Of a stretch of DNA of 64,000 nucleotides, positions 28,228 through 42,785 are shown piece by piece. The notes beneath the pieces are model-generated. The model was not told the DNA's origin. It saw only the letters and a program-made list of their open reading frames with translations, and searched no databases. Every line of letters starts with the position of its first letter. The first letter of the stretch is position 1. Source of the stretch: Octopus vulgaris (taxonomy: Eukaryota); the NCBI GenBank assembly GCA_951406725.2, contig OX597814.1, positions 165,540,001-165,604,000 of the forward strand, written 5' to 3'. Position numbers and translations under genes: made by a program.

Positions 28228-29516
28228 TCAGGTCATCCCATAAGTTCTGTCCAAATTTTGAATAAAGAAAACAAGTGATCAAATGTTATACTTAATTGAA
28301 ATTTAATCACCAATCTACTTTCCCTGATTATACACGACTTCCTTCCATCTATTTACAAGCTTTTTAATCCCATCAATGTAAAACTCTCTTGGTTTCAAAG
28401 CGAAGAACTCTGAAATGTCAGTTTTGACCTCCTCCTGGTTTGCGAAAGTTATGTCCCCCAAATGATTCTGTAAACTATGAAACAAATGGTAGTCTGAAGG
28501 GGCAAGGTTGGGAGAACAAGGTAGATGATGAATTTTTTCCCAACCAAGCTCTTTGATCTTCTGTGATGCGATTTTTGCAGCATGGGGTCGCACATTGTCC
28601 TGATGAAACATCACTCCTTTTCGATTCATTATAGTGTGTCTTTTTTTCTTCAAAGCTTGGTTCAAATGCTCTAATTGCTGATAGTAGATTGAGCATTGAT
28701 TGTTGCATTAGGTGGTAACAATTCAAGGTGAATTACTCCTTTGCAATCCCACCAGATAGAGAGAAGAATCTTTTTCTCGTGAAGTTCACTTCTTGGTTGT
28801 GGTTGAGCTTTTTCCCTTTTACCAAGCCACTGTTTACAATGTTTAACATTTCGATAGAAGATCTATTTTTTGTCACCAGTCATAAGTCTATCTAAAAAGG
28901 GTGAAATGAGTTCGCGAGAATGGAGAGAGGAGCAGATGTCAACTTGGGATTTGTGGTTGCTTTCAGACAATTCATGAGGCATCCATTTTCCAAGTTTAGG
29001 AACCTTTCCAAGTTGTTGAAGATGACGATGAACAGTTGTATGGTTTGAACTAAGCTTTATTGCCACTTCCTCAACTGATAATGCAGGATTTTTTTCAAGA
29101 AATGCCTCTAGGAGCTTATCATCAAACTCAACTGGACGTCCTGTTCAATCTTCATTTTCAAGGCTGAAATCTCCACTTCTGAATTTTGCAAACCATCTTC
29201 TGCAAGTTCTTTCATTCAAGCATTCTTTCCCATAAACTGAGTGTATGTTTCAAGTCGCTTTGGCTGCAGAGTTTGTTTTATTTTGTACTCATAAAGCATT
29301 ATGTACTTTAAATGCTCTTTGGATACTTCTATGTTAGAAAGGGTTTTAATCAAAGAAATTTTAATTCTGTTATTCTGTAAAATAATATTTGATTAGTTTA
29401 AATGTACACAAATGCATAAAAAGAATTTCAAATTCCATTAGACATTTTAAAATACTATTAAATTTCATTCAATTTAAAAAAAAGTAAAATCGGACAGAAC
29501 TTATGGGATGACCTAA
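28228..29516 (-). mobile_element. Full-length (~1.29 kb) decayed mariner (DD34D-type)
   Basis: TIRs T(C/T)AGGTCATCCCATAAGTTCTGTCC flanked by TA; fragments LGKWMPHEL, MTGDKK, FHQDNVRPH, SPNLAPSDYHLF. Confidence 0.92.
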
Positions 29517-30940
29517 TACTAATTATATTAAGGCAGGGTATGCTTTTCCTACTTTCTCAACTCCTATTGCCTATGTCAGAAATCCTTGTTTTATTCACAG
29601 GGTCGTTGGGACAGTATTAATTAGATGTTTTGTGATATTTGGTCCAGTGATTCATACTTCTGAATGCAGCAGTTAAGCATCCATCATTGCCAAGGCCAAG
29701 GAAGGTCGAAATCACATGATCAGGTAGTCTTGATGCTGGAGGTGGTAGGGATTTATCTCTATGTTAGCAATATAAACAAGAGTGCATTTTGCACCAAAAG
29801 CCAATATTAGAGTTTTTCTTATGGTACTTACCACAGTATGGTTTGTTCTAACAGAACAACAACATTTAAGTGGGGATAAATATTACCCCTTGGTAAACAA
29901 AGAGTCCCAAATCTACTTTTCAGTGTTCTGAAATCAATAAATACACCACAAGTATACAAGAATACATTTACTGGACTATATTGCCCCCACTTCCAATGAG
30001 TGTAGTGAAGTTGATTTGCTGGACTGTATTACATCCATCCATAATGAATACTGAGGTTATATGGAAGAAATCAGCATTTATTCTGTTACCATTTGCTGGT
30101 GCCAATTCAGTTCTTGATAAATCTGCAGCCTCTGTGTCTTTTAAAGGGGTTGTATGAAATCCTTTTTATCACAGTGTACTTAACAGAATGTATATAAACT
30201 GTAATAAGCCAGCTGAGATACTTATGCTACCTTCTTTAGACACCCAAGTTCAAGTTGTCTTTATGTCAAATTTGCTCTTCATCTTACAGTGTCTATAAAG
30301 TAAGTACTGCTAATATATTGGTGTCAATTTCAATTGATGAAATTTTCTCCCCTACAAAACTGTTCTTATATTTAATCGAAATAAATTGCCATCAGCAATA
30401 TCAAGGTGAGGAAGTAGCAGAAAAGGCAGGGTGCAATGTTTAGTTTCATCCCTTTATGTTCTGAGTTCAAAACTTGCCAGTGTCAATTACCTTTTATCAT
30501 CTCTAGTGTTCATGAAATACATACCAGTTGTAGACTGTGATCATTTCTATCACTTTTATCCTCATCTCACAAATTTGTGGCAGGGTTTGAAAGATAGAAC
30601 TCAGACTTATGAGAAGTTTCCTACATAGTCACTTGATTTGCTTTTAACAGCAGCCAAATCTCATAAATTTCATCTTACCATCTTAAAATGGGAATGTCGC
30701 ATTGAATAATATCATCCTGGATACAGTTCTGAAAAAAGATTGGATAGTCATGACTAGAATGCTTTTGATAGGTCTGTATAATCAAAGCTATCTTAATGCT
30801 AAGCATCATCATCATCAGCTGCTGCAGCAGCATTTTCATGCCTCTGTCATTGTGTCAAATGATGCATTTTCAAAAATTGTTTTAATTATTGATTTTTATA
30901 TATTTTTTTTCATCTGATATTTGTTTACTTTTATTTGCAG

Positions 30941-31088
30941 AGAGTCAAATTTGGCTTGGTCCGTTCATTATAACACTTTTCATCTTACTTACGCCATTAT
31001 GGATCTGGGTGTCTAGCAAAAACAAATATACATGTGAAGTACTATATACAGGATGGACACCAGTTATAAGTGCTATGGTTATAAGTAG
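30941..31088 (+). CDS. SLC41A1: SLC41A exon 6 (..LTPLWIWVSSKNKYTCEVLYTGWTPVISAMVIS)
   Basis: tttgcag| acceptor and |gttagt donor, phase 1-2; conserved EVLY.GW.PVI.AM.IS. Confidence 0.93.
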
Positions 31089-32270
31089 GTTAGTATAAGT
31101 AGCACCTTTTTCATTACTACCTGGTTTGTCACTCTTCACTGGTTGCTGAAAAGATTTCAAATATTTCCAGGTAATGTGACTGATTAAAGATTTGCTGACT
31201 TAATCATCTATTGTTTGAGATATTTTGATTATTAATCCCATGGTATGTGAACTTTCAGCAATTTGATTCAAGTCCTATAGCTTGTGAATGATTTAACATT
31301 TAACTCATGAATTATTTCTCACTTACTAAAATAATTGTGACTTGTGACTTGTGACTTTTTAATACCTTCAGAAGTTCCAAAGATTTGGCTTATGTCTTAT
31401 GGCTTTTTAAAGACTTAGTCACCTTGTTTCTAGAGAATTCAGTCAATATCGATGTTTATGAAAGTTCAATCACCTTAGTGTTCTACTACTGCAGAGACTT
31501 AGAAACATCTTGCAAGTGCAGTCAGTCTAAAACTCTGCATACTGGATGCTAGTAGGTTTCAGGAGAGAATGTGCACCATTTTGGGGCCTTCTTCTCAATG
31601 GCTTTACAGTGCACTGGCTCCCATCACTGATGTGTGGCTCTACCTATTGTTTTGACTGACTACTATTCAACCTGAAGTCCATTTCAGGATCATCACCTCT
31701 CCAGCTAGGTTTCATCATTCCTTTTCAGTCATATTCAATGGCTGGTCCTCTCAACTGTCACCTGGGTCTCCTTCAAGATGGGAGGTGGAATAGGGAATGG
31801 TTCACTACCTTGCTTAAAGTCACTTTGCTCTACCAATAATGACAAGATATGATCTTGTACCATATTGTATTGAGTTATTATAAAACCACAAGGAAAAATA
31901 TTACTTTAATTAAAAGATTATCTTTTCCTCCTTCAGCTATTAATGATAATTAAAAGTAGGATTAGTAATTCTACTGTATGTGATTGATTTAAGTGGATTC
32001 TTGATGAAGTTGTTTGGTTCACAGCATCAATTTTAAATCCTGTTGGAAGACTTTCAAGTTTAGCAAATTTTGAAAACTATTTAAGAAATCCTTTGAAAAT
32101 TCTATTTTAATACATGTGGTGACAGTAAGGACTTTTGATTGCAGAATATTATTGTTTCAATAAAATCTATGTACAAGAAATAATTCACATAAAAAAGTGT
32201 CTTGATTAAGATTATAGAAATAAAAAATAAAAGCATCATACTCATCTCTTCTTTTCTTTGTTTATTACAG

Positions 32271-32344
32271 CATTGGTGGTTTAATATTAGACTTTACTGT
32301 ATCTAACTACCATGGTATTGCTGTCTTTCAACCAGTCATCAATG
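32271..32344 (+). CDS. SLC41A1: SLC41A exon 7 (IGGLILDFTVSNYHGIAVFQPVIN)
   Basis: ttacag| acceptor and |gttagt donor, phase 2-1. Confidence 0.93.
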
Positions 32345-33015
32345 GTTAGTAGCTTCTTTATTATTATTATCACTATCGTAAGAATGAATGGATTGGCAGA
32401 GTTGTTTGAATGTTGAATAAAATGCCTAGTAGTATTTGTTCGAGTTCCTTGGGTTCTGAGTTCAGACCTTGTTGAACTTTGCATCTCATCCCTTCACATT
32501 TCATCCCTCCAGATAAAATAAACTACATGCCAAGTACTGGGGTTTATGATACAGACTAACCCCCTTCTACAAAACTATCATTTAAAGTTAGTGAAAGGCA
32601 GAATTATCATTATCATTATCAAGGGTAATTGATATCAGAAAAAATAGAGCAATGCAGTAACTGCCTTGTAGTACTTAGCTATGTTTCTTCATTGAAATCT
32701 CAATAGAGTTGACTTTGCTTTTTATACTTCCAGAGTCAATAAAATAGCACCAGTCTGGAACATAATCCAGTCTTCTTATGATCACATCAATGAGATATAG
32801 GCTTCACTGTACTTATTTTATTACTTAGAAAATAACAAGAACATCTTTCTTGTTAACTTTTTGATATTTCATGCATTTAACTTTTTCTTGCTGATGATGT
32901 ATCTTGAGCAATTTGTATAGAGATAGCTTACAATTGCTGCAAGACTGTTCCACTGTATAATTTTATTTTGCCATCTGAATCTTTGTTTTATTTATTTATT
33001 CTTTTGTTGTTGCAG

Positions 33016-33150
33016 GTGTTGGTGGCAACCTGGTAGCAGTCCAAGCTAGTCGTTTATCTACAGGTTTACACAAAATCAGTACCCCAGGACATTTACCTTC
33101 ACACTTACACAGTGGGTGTCCAAACCCTATTAAGAGTTTTTGTGGGTCTC
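33016..33150 (+). CDS. SLC41A1: SLC41A exon 8 (GVGGNLVAVQASRLSTGLH...CPNPIKSFCGS)
   Basis: ttgcag| acceptor and |gtaagt donor, phase 1-1; completes the second PX6GN motif (PVINGVGGN). Confidence 0.94.
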
Positions 33151-34463
33151 GTAAGTATAACTTGGCTTGCACTTGCTTGCCACTAGATTATCTTACTTTC
33201 ACTGTAATACCTCTCTCATCATTAAATACTAGATGACCTACCATACTTTCCTTACATCACAGTATCTCAAACACACCTGTTGCATTGTCCCACTTTAACA
33301 CCAACAAAAACTCACTGGAAAGTAAGAGCAACTTTTACATGGTTACACAAAGCAGTCAAACCTCCTAATCACACCCTGTCATCTTGAAAGTTGTATACAT
33401 ACATTGGATAATTTAGTTTTAGATACATATACCTGAAGTTAAGATGGAATAGTCATGATGGATCGCCTATGATCATAGATTTCCATGGTTAAGTGACACT
33501 AAACAGCAACAACCAAGAAGGAATCTTCACAAGATCATTCAATCTGTTGGAAATAGCAGTCAAATCTCCCTTCAAATCATACACTACTGACTAAAAAGAA
33601 GCTTAAACTTGAAAGTGTAGTCTTGGATACATTATTCCTGAAAGAAGTAATCAATGGCCACATTTAAAATAACTTTGGTGATAGGTTTGCTTAATCAGGA
33701 CCAATGGCTAAATAACTACACCACCCTTATCACTGCTACCATCACCACACCAGATAATTCCTTAACCTACTAACACACAAGCCACACAACATTCCATTAT
33801 CACCAACAACTATACCACACTACATTATTCTATTATCAACACCATAGACACACATCATATTGTATGACTACCAACATGTATTGCATACCATATCCTACGA
33901 CCAATGCCATGAGTCTCTGCATGGTTGCTGGATGTGCTACAAATAGCAGCCATGTCTCTCTCAAATTACACTCTACCATACAAGAAGAGGACATTGGATA
34001 ATGTGATCCTGAAGGTGCTGTGCCTAGGACGAGATGGGCTGGGTTAGAATATCATTGGTCATGGATCTGCTTGACCAGGGCTAGCATAGGGCTAAACAAC
34101 AACTGGCATACACACATGCAGCTTCACATTACAGGTGCAATAAAATATGGACAACCTTCAAAAACTATAGTGAAGACCCCGATGGAAGACATTAAGTCCA
34201 TGACTGCTGATGAACTTATAATACAAAGAGTGAATTGGACATGTGATGTGTTTGTCATCGTGTCCAGTACAGTTACAAGTTATAGTCAACATATGAGGTT
34301 AATAATGATTTTACAAAGACATGCTCCACTGTCACATTCACATTAATTACTGCCATATATGAAGGAATTATTTGACTTCAGCTCTATCAAGAAACTCTTA
34401 AAAGGTGATGGATGTCCAAAGCTGGAGACTTTTCTGGATTCCATGCACAAAGTCACTGGATTG

Positions 34464-34840
34464 TCATCATCATCATCATAATCATCATCGTTTAACATCC
34501 ACTTTCCATGCTAGCATGGGTTGGACGATTTGACTGAGGATTGGTGAACCAGATGGCTGCGCCAGGCTCCAATCTGATCTGGCAAAGTTTCTACAGCTGG
34601 ATGCCCTTCCTAACGTCAACCACTCTGAGAGTGTAGTGGGTGCTTTTACGCGCCACTGGCATGAGGGCCAGTCAGGCGGTACTGGCAGCGGCCATGCTCA
34701 AATGGTGCATTTTATGTGCCACCTGCACAGGAGCCAGTCCAGTGGCACTGGCAACGACCTCGCTCGAATGTTTTTTCACGTGCCACCAGCACAAGTGCCA
34801 GTAAGGTGACGCAGGTAACGGTCACGCTCGAATGGTGATT
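34464..34840 (-). mobile_element. RTE-like LINE 3' end
   Basis: Closely similar to the copy at 20190-20560. Confidence 0.8.
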
Positions 34841-35033
34841 TTGAAAATATTCTGTGATAAATCAGAGATGATTCAAAGAGCTGTGTTAATGGAAATATCT
34901 TGCCTGATTTTGGAGGTCTTCATCCTGATCTCAATTTAACCTATGCTTCTAACCTCATCAGTGAACATTCTTTTACAGTGTCTCCAGTCTGTTGCAGATT
35001 CACTCTCCTAATTACATATCTTTTTATCTTCAG

Positions 35034-35182
35034 ATGTTGACTCAAAGTCATCCCGGGTGATGCTGTTCCTTGTTATCCCAGGTCATCTGATCTTCATGTA
35101 CACAATATCATTTATGATGGCTGGCCACACAACCATAACTTTCATCTTTGCTTCCATTTATCTTACCACTGCTCTCCTTCAG
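35034..35182 (+). CDS. SLC41A1: SLC41A exon 9 (..SRVMLFLVIPGHLIFMYTISFMMAGHTT...ALLQ)
   Basis: cttcag| acceptor and |gtaagc donor, phase 1-0; conserved LV.PGHL.F.YTI. Confidence 0.93.
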
Positions 35183-35735
35183 GTAAGCTATCCTATTCCA
35201 GTAAGGGAAGTAATCTGCGTTAATGAATTTGTGTAGCATGAGTAGTATTTCAGAATGTTGGGATGCATTGAGATTTAAGCCTTTGTGGAGCTAGTGATTG
35301 TGTTTGGCTTGGTAAACTATTTGAGGTTATGTTGCAAGTGAAGTAGTAACAAGCCAGCTATGTGTTTGTGATGAGTACGTTGGATGTAGTGGTGTGTGGT
35401 AGGAGTTGTGTTGATGTGATGTTTCATGCTTGTAAGCTGGAGATGTTGGAGTATGATGAAGACAGTGGTGTTTGTTTGAAGTAGAAAATAGGGAAGTGGA
35501 TTAAGATTTTTGGAATGTGTGTGTGTGTGTGTTGACCTGAGATTACATACTGAGATTTCACTTGGGTTGCTAGGCCTTGCAACAGTGCATGAGTAATAGT
35601 ATGCTGTGTGGTAAGCATGTCCAACCCATACTGGTCTGATGGCTATAGTGTGTGTGTTTGTGTGTGCACAAGTACACATATAACAAATAGTACTTGTTGC
35701 TAAAACTAACCAAAATCTGCCTTTTATCTTGCCAG

Positions 35736-35921
35736 GTTGCCTTACTGCTCTACATTGCCAACTGGATGGTCATACATATGTGGAAGAATGGAAATGATCC
35801 AGATAACTTTGCTATTCCTTACTTAACAGCTATTGGGGATTTAACAGGGACTGCATTCTTGGCTGTTGCCTTCCACATCCTTTATCTGATTGGTGACCGT
35901 GATGCCGATGTTGGTGATTGA
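35736..35921 (+). CDS. SLC41A1: SLC41A exon 10, terminal (..[15 protein letters not shown]...[10 protein letters not shown])
   Basis: cttgccag| acceptor; second P(D/A)X4PX6D motif; C-terminus [10 protein letters not shown] is typical of SLC41A1/2; summed CDS is 1599 nt in frame. Confidence 0.95.
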   Translation, partial: VALLLYIANWMVIHMWKNGNDPDNFAIPYLTAIGDLTGTAFLAVAFHILYLIGDRDADVGD

Positions 35922-37120
35922 ACATTCACTTCCTTCTGTTCATATTTTTTTTTTTATCTCCTGATTATATTTTTTTTACTCTTTTCAATGCTTGTTTCAT
36001 ATTTATGTGTGCATTTGTAATGTATGTGTGCATATAATCACACATATATTGCTATCCGTCAAATGCACACAGACGTATACACACAATATATATATATATA
36101 TACATATATGTATATATGTATGTATTAATTGGTAAACATTTGTAAATAATATTATTTTAAGTTAAAAAATATAACAAACTCTAACACTTACAAATATATA
36201 CTGATTAATATTGTTTATATATAAAAACTTTTAGCTGTTAATTTATGTGTGTGTATATATTCAAGACTTCAAGACCATTTGGCCATTGAAACATTGATCT
36301 GACGAGGATTTCTGTAATGGATGCGGAAATATATTTTCCACTTGGTGGTGACCGATTCTATGTTGTATATAAATAACAAAAGAGAAAAAGACATGATATT
36401 TCATATTCATGCTCTTTGCATTTGTTTGTGCATTAATGCATGCAACCATTATTTCAGAGTGTGGCTTGTTATGAATCCTTTCTGGCCATTATTATGGTGT
36501 GTTATCAACTTCTTGCAAATTCTATGGCTAACAATTATTTTCCATGGATTTTGTGAGATATTTTATGTAACCAAGATTATACCACAAAAGTTGAATTTTC
36601 TAAATACTTCAGGACTAAACAGCTGCTAATTCTTTACAAAGTACAAATACATAACACACACTGTGAATTGTATTATCAGAAAAGGCCTTCCTACTGAAAT
36701 CGAAGTCTTCACTTTTAACTAACTACATTAATCTACAGTTGTGTGTGTTCTTTGCCCTTCCTTCTGATATTGTAAAAGCTTCCGCAAGTTTACTAACTAA
36801 GCTCTATTTTATTTAATACATAAAATTTACTTCCTTTTTTTTTACCCCACTTTTCATATCTCACAATGGGTATTTCTTGCCTGTAAAACAGAATCCAAAG
36901 AGACTGGTTAGTTATATTTGTATTATCTTGTGAAACCAACAAAAGGAGTACAGTGAACTTGCCGTAGGAAGTAGAAAATCCAATAGAGAAGTTGACAAGA
37001 GTGAAATTAAAACAAGCGAGCAGAATATCTTTTTCTGACACAAAACTTTCCATTTAGTACATTATTCCAAATAGCACTTTGGGATTGCCATACATACCTA
37101 GTTGGTGTCTTTTGAATATA

Positions 37121-38565
37121 CACCCAGAACCATGCTAATAGCTTAGGAGTGAAATTTAGGATTTCTCAGTTTTCTGTGAATCGATTTTGATAAAACTTTT
37201 CCCAGCTGGTTTGCACACTATGGCAATATCATTGTTATGTTTTCATTATTCTGTGTAATGTCCTTTCTTTTTATTTCAGATTCTTCAGAAAATGAAGGGT
37301 AATGATACATATTAAGCATACATTGAGTATATATTTAACAGAAAACCATAATATTATACCATTTATTGACATGATGAATTATTTAGCCACATGAGTGCCA
37401 TTTCGACAGATAACTTCAAAAATCATATTAGTCATGGAATTTGTCAACTTCTTAATAGTAGCAGGTTGGACTGCCTCTACTGAAGCTTTGATGGTCACCC
37501 ATAAGACATCTTTCAACATAAATTGGTGTCCATTTGGCATAAACATCTTGTTTAATGATGGTCCAAGCATTTTCAATAGGGTTTGAGATCCAGAGATGCT
37601 AGTGGCTACACCATCGACCTTTCACCTTGTGTGCTGTAAGACCCTAGTAATGTTTGGGTGGTTCTAGGAGAGTGGGAGGGAGCATTGTCATGCATAAATA
37701 CGAGATTCCTTAGAAGTGACAGCAGTATGTCATCTAGCCAGGGATCCAAGACCTCCTTCAGGAGATTGCAGTAGGCGGCTGCAGTCACTTTAGCCTCTTC
37801 AGGTACTTTGACTGGGCCAACTAGTCTGTCCCCAATGATACCAGCTCACAACGTGAGTCCTCCACCCTGTTGTTGAGATCGTAAACATTGGTGATGCTCA
37901 TCTCCAAAATAGACCCAACCATCAGGTTCGTCAAGGGTTACCCTGGTTTCGTCAATGAACAGAACACAACTCATGTATAACATTATGTACTTTTGGGCCC
38001 ATTGAAGATTCAAACTCCTGTGTGGAGGTAGTTTCAAGGGTTCTTGCATGGAAGCCATGGTTCTGAAGATGCAATTTCTGGTGGTTTTCAGTACATGAGG
38101 AAGTCCAGAAGCAGTGAAAATGGCTTTGTTTGTTTGTCCAGGTTTCCCACATGACTTGTGGCCTAAACTCCCTAAATTCCTTAAATGCTTAGCTGATACA
38201 ATCATGGAGGTCCCACAATTGGATCATTTCTTCCTTGGCACTCATGTGGCTAAATAATTCATTATGTCAATAAATGTTATAGTATTATTATGGCTTTCTG
38301 TTAAATATAAACTCAATGTATGTTTAATATGTATCATTACTCTTCATTTTCTGAAAAAAATTTCTAGATGGGCTATTAGTGTGGTTCACCCAAAAGCTGA
38401 AGGATCTAAAATAGAAAAGAAAAGACGTTACACAGAATAATGAAAACATAACAATAGTGTTGCCATAGTGTGCAAACCAGCTGGGAAAAGTTTTATCAAA
38501 ATCGATTCACAGAAAACCAAGAAATCCTAAATTTCACTCCTAAGCTATTAGCATGGTTCTGGGTG
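37121..38565 (-). mobile_element. Tc1-like element with ~280-bp inverted arms
   Basis: TA|CACCCAGAACC...GGTTCTGGGTG|TA; arms 37121-37400 and ~38236-38565; fragments FIDETRVTLD, FMHDNAPSH. Confidence 0.88.
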
Positions 38566-41500
38566 TATGTACTAACTGCACCAAAAGTAATCAATTTTAC
38601 TGTGCTTGCCCCACTTCTGCCATGGGGAACCCTCATATGCTATCAGATTTTATCAGCAAAAAACCCTTCTTCCTTCTCCATTCTTACAGAATACTTGCAC
38701 AGTTATGTACACTTCTTGAAATATATTGATTATTTGACAAGAGAAAATGATTAACCAACAGCTCATGTTAACTAAGGTAGAAAAAATTGTTTGTTCAGCT
38801 AATATTTACTTTTCATTTAGAAACCTTATACAACATGCACACACACACATACACACATGAACTTGGCAGCATAATTTCCTTCAACATGCTTTGTTATGTT
38901 TAAAAAATGGATTGCTCATAGCTAGAGTGCCATTCATGATAGGTCATTTTAGTACGTGCTGCCCTTTGGGTTAAATCACACCTATATTGAGTGCTACACT
39001 CAAAATGTTCTACAGTTCATAATGAACGAAAGATATTATTGGAAAATGGGCAGAATGCCACAATATACTTGGTCTATGATTATCTCCATGGATCCACTGA
39101 TTTGGATCATTTTACAGCAATAGACAGAGGAGGCCAAGAGTAGCAAATAGTTTAGTATTGGTCTCCTCTGTCCTTGCCATCTACCACCCATTGTGTTGTC
39201 ATATTTGTATCTTTAGACGGCTGTCGAATTGTTTCAGCCTACACAATGTGAATCAAACCTGATAACTTTTGAAAATCTTATGGATTTAATAGAACTGGTA
39301 ACATAAGAATCTTTGAATTACTCATTTAAGCATAGAGTATCTTTCATGTAATTCTATACTATATTTATGCATTTCTTTATTGGTTAGTCAGTAACTTAAC
39401 AGATTTTATAATATTTCATTACTATCAAAATTTCTACCATAATATTTAATTATGTTATATATTAATGTTTAGTACAATGTTTCTTAAGGTGGGGTATGGA
39501 AACGTTTTGGTGGAGTGTGAGTTACTTCAGAATGGGGTGTAAGTAACAAATGAATAAATCTTGCAATGAAGTTTTAATTAAAACTTCTTTTGTATATATA
39601 TCTATGCTGTAAGTTGGCCATTTACAGTGAGGATCATGTTGTTTTTTGTTTTTTTTTTTAAATTGAAGTGGGATGTGGGACAAAAAATGATTATAAACAT
39701 GGTCTAAAATAATTGATAGTGATGGCGATAACATCAGTTTAGTTAGGTCCCTTACATTCTGAGTTCAAACTGTGCCAGGATCTGTAAGAAGAAATATATT
39801 TGACTGTATCAGTTCTCTATAGATCTGTGATCATGTGTCACTATTTTTTATATTGTATTATATATATTATTCTTTTATTGTGTCAATCATTGGAATGTAG
39901 CCATGCTAAAACTCAATCTTCAAAAGTATCTTGTAGTTTAGTCTGCTGCTGTTTTACCCATCTATATTCTCAAATTCACCTGTTGGATGTAAAAGAAAGT
40001 AACTTCACTTCTGTATCAACACATGCACACACACATGAGCGCGCGCGGTATTACACAGCTTCCATTTATCAAATTTGAAGGTATTGGTCAACATGAAGCA
40101 GTGGAGGAAACACTTGTCCAAGGTGCTATGCAGTGGGATCAAACTTTAAACCACATAGTTGAGAAGCAGATTTCTTTGATGTAGTTCTGTACAATTTGAG
40201 CATCTGTAGGAAAACATCTGTATGAAAAAAAACATGTGAGCTGGGAGAGAAGTTTGCACATCTGAGGCAGAATGACTTGGCAAAGCCAGGAAGTGAAAAT
40301 CAGCAAGGATGCCGATGAGGAGAAAAACAAAAAGCTGTGGTGGAATGGAGTAGAAGTGGTATGCAATTTACTAATTCAGGAAAACAGAGGTGGTGTGTTA
40401 GCTGCAGAATGACAAAGAAGGAAAACAGAGCAACTGAACCAGTTGTTCTAACTTGTTGGGGATTTAGTCTTCATCAATGAATTGGGTGGTTTTGATATGG
40501 TTTAGCATGTTTATGTGTGATATTGCCATCCTAGATATGAAAATAGAATGTTGACAATTGATCAGTGCTCAAGTTTTATCTAGTCATAGAACCAAGTCTT
40601 AATCTATCCTACAAGCTATTTTACTGCATCACTGAAGATTAAGGTGGTCATCTACCAGAATTGTGAAAGTTTGGGACTTACAACTTGAAGTAATTGTTCT
40701 GGCTCTTTGTGTTCTGAGTTAGAATCCATCTGAATCAACTTTGGTTTTCATCCTTCCAGGGTTGATAAAATACCAGTGAAGTACTAAGGTGAATTCTGCT
40801 TTCTTTTTCTCTCCCAGAATTAGCTATTTGAGCTTGAGACTCAAAAATCATACAAAGAAACCTCAGAACTTGGCAGGCATGGATAAACCAAGGTGCTGTA
40901 GAGTACAGAATGGTTCCCTTTCTTCCTCAGAATGGTTTTCTCTTGATTACAGCTAATTCTTTTTTTTTTTAAACAAAAGTCAGGTAATTTGCCATTTGAT
41001 GTACTATAGAAAAATAATAATAGGATGTATTGTTCATTACCCAATCTACACAATTGTTGGATTAATACTGGGCATCTACACAGATTTATACAATCTAGCT
41101 GGAGAGTAGAGCATGCATGGTTGTAGTTTAACTAAAGCAGATTGAACCCCACTACATAAAAATTGTGATCCTATGGTTGTCAAGCTCACAGAACAAAATA
41201 TGTTGGTATAATGTCTCTTTAGAAGGAACTGAGTACTACAGGTAACACAGTTTCCAGCAGTACCATGGAGATCACAAGGTTAAAAGAGAAATACAGAATG
41301 CTTTTAGCAGTAATATTTTCAATTTCTTAGAACAGCTCTCATGAAAATGATCAATAGAGATAACAGCTCAAATGAATTCCACATAATGATTTTGGTTCAC
41401 TTTATCAATATTCATAGATAAATTAATAAATTGGCTTTTATTCATTTGACATCTGATAGACAGAGAGAGAGAGAGATCGGCAATAACATCTGGAGTTGTT

Positions 41501-42091
41501 TTTGCTATTGTCTTTTTATTTATTTTTAGATGTTTCAGCAAATTTTTTTGTTATTAAAAAAAAATCAGAGTATTGACTTGTTTCCATCATGCATATTTGC
41601 ATTCATATGCTCTATTTTAAAACAAATCCCTGCTGTATGTGTAGAGTGTGTATGCTTGCATGTATTTATTTATTCTGTATATATCACATTTCATGAGCAA
41701 TAGTATCATTGGTTACAGGTGTTTAAAAGGTTAGTCACTGGTTCACCATGTTTATGATAGCGAAAGGAAGTATTTGTGCAACTTGAGTGAAACAAATACC
41801 ACATATGTATTTTAGTTTGAAAGCATCGCGGTTATCAGTTTACCGGCCATTGTTTATATCTTTCACTGATATATATTGAACAAAAGACACTCAGACAAAT
41901 ACACATCCATATACATTTATGTATGTATGTATGTGTGTGTGTGTAAATGTGCATTGGAGAATGGGAAAAAGATAATGAATGTATAATAGTTTTCAGTTGT
42001 TCAGTTACTTTGTTTTCATGAGGTAGAGCCTTCATAACAAAGTAAATACTCTATCAAAATGTTTCATGGTATTCTACCAGGAAATATTTCA

Positions 42092-42785
42092 GGTGGCTGT
42101 GTGGTAAGTAGCTTGCTTACCAACCACATGAGGTTCCGGGTTCAGTCCCACTGCATGGCACCTTGGGCAAGTGTCTTCTACTATAACCAAAGCCTTGTGA
42201 GTGGATTTGATAGACAGAAACTGAAAGAAGCCCATCGTATATATATGTATGTGTGTATATATTTGTGTGTCTGAGTTTGTCCCCCCAACATCGCTTGACA
42301 ACCGATGCTGTAACTTAGCAGTTCAGCAAAAGAGACCGATAGAATAAGTACTAGGCTTACATCATCATCATTTAGCGTCCGCTTTCCATGCTAGCATGGG
42401 TTGGACGGTTCAACTGGGGTCTGTGAAGCCAGAAGGCTGCATCAGGCCCAGTCTGATCTGGCAGTGTTTCTACGGCTGGATGCCCTTCCTAATGCCAACC
42501 ACTCCGTGAGTGTAGTGAGAGCTTTTTACGTGCCAGACGGAGCTGGCAAACGGCCACAGACGGATGGAGCTTTTTACGTGCCACCGACACGGGGGCCAGG
42601 CGAGGCTGGCAACGGCCACGATCGGATGGTGCTTTTTACGTGCCACCGGCACGGGGGCCAGGCGAGGCTGGCAACGGCCACAAATGGAGAATAAAAGAAT
42701 AAAAATAGTTTCTGGGGTCTATATGCTTGACTAAAGGCGGTGCTCCAGCATGGCCACAGTCAAATGACTGAAACAAGAGTAAAAG
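42092..42785 (+). mobile_element. Family-2 SINE interrupted by an RTE-like 3' end (42360-42685, - strand)
   Basis: SINE body ...aagtactaggcttac resumes at ...ctggggtc...gtgctccagcatggccacagtcaaatga after the insert. Confidence 0.72.
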
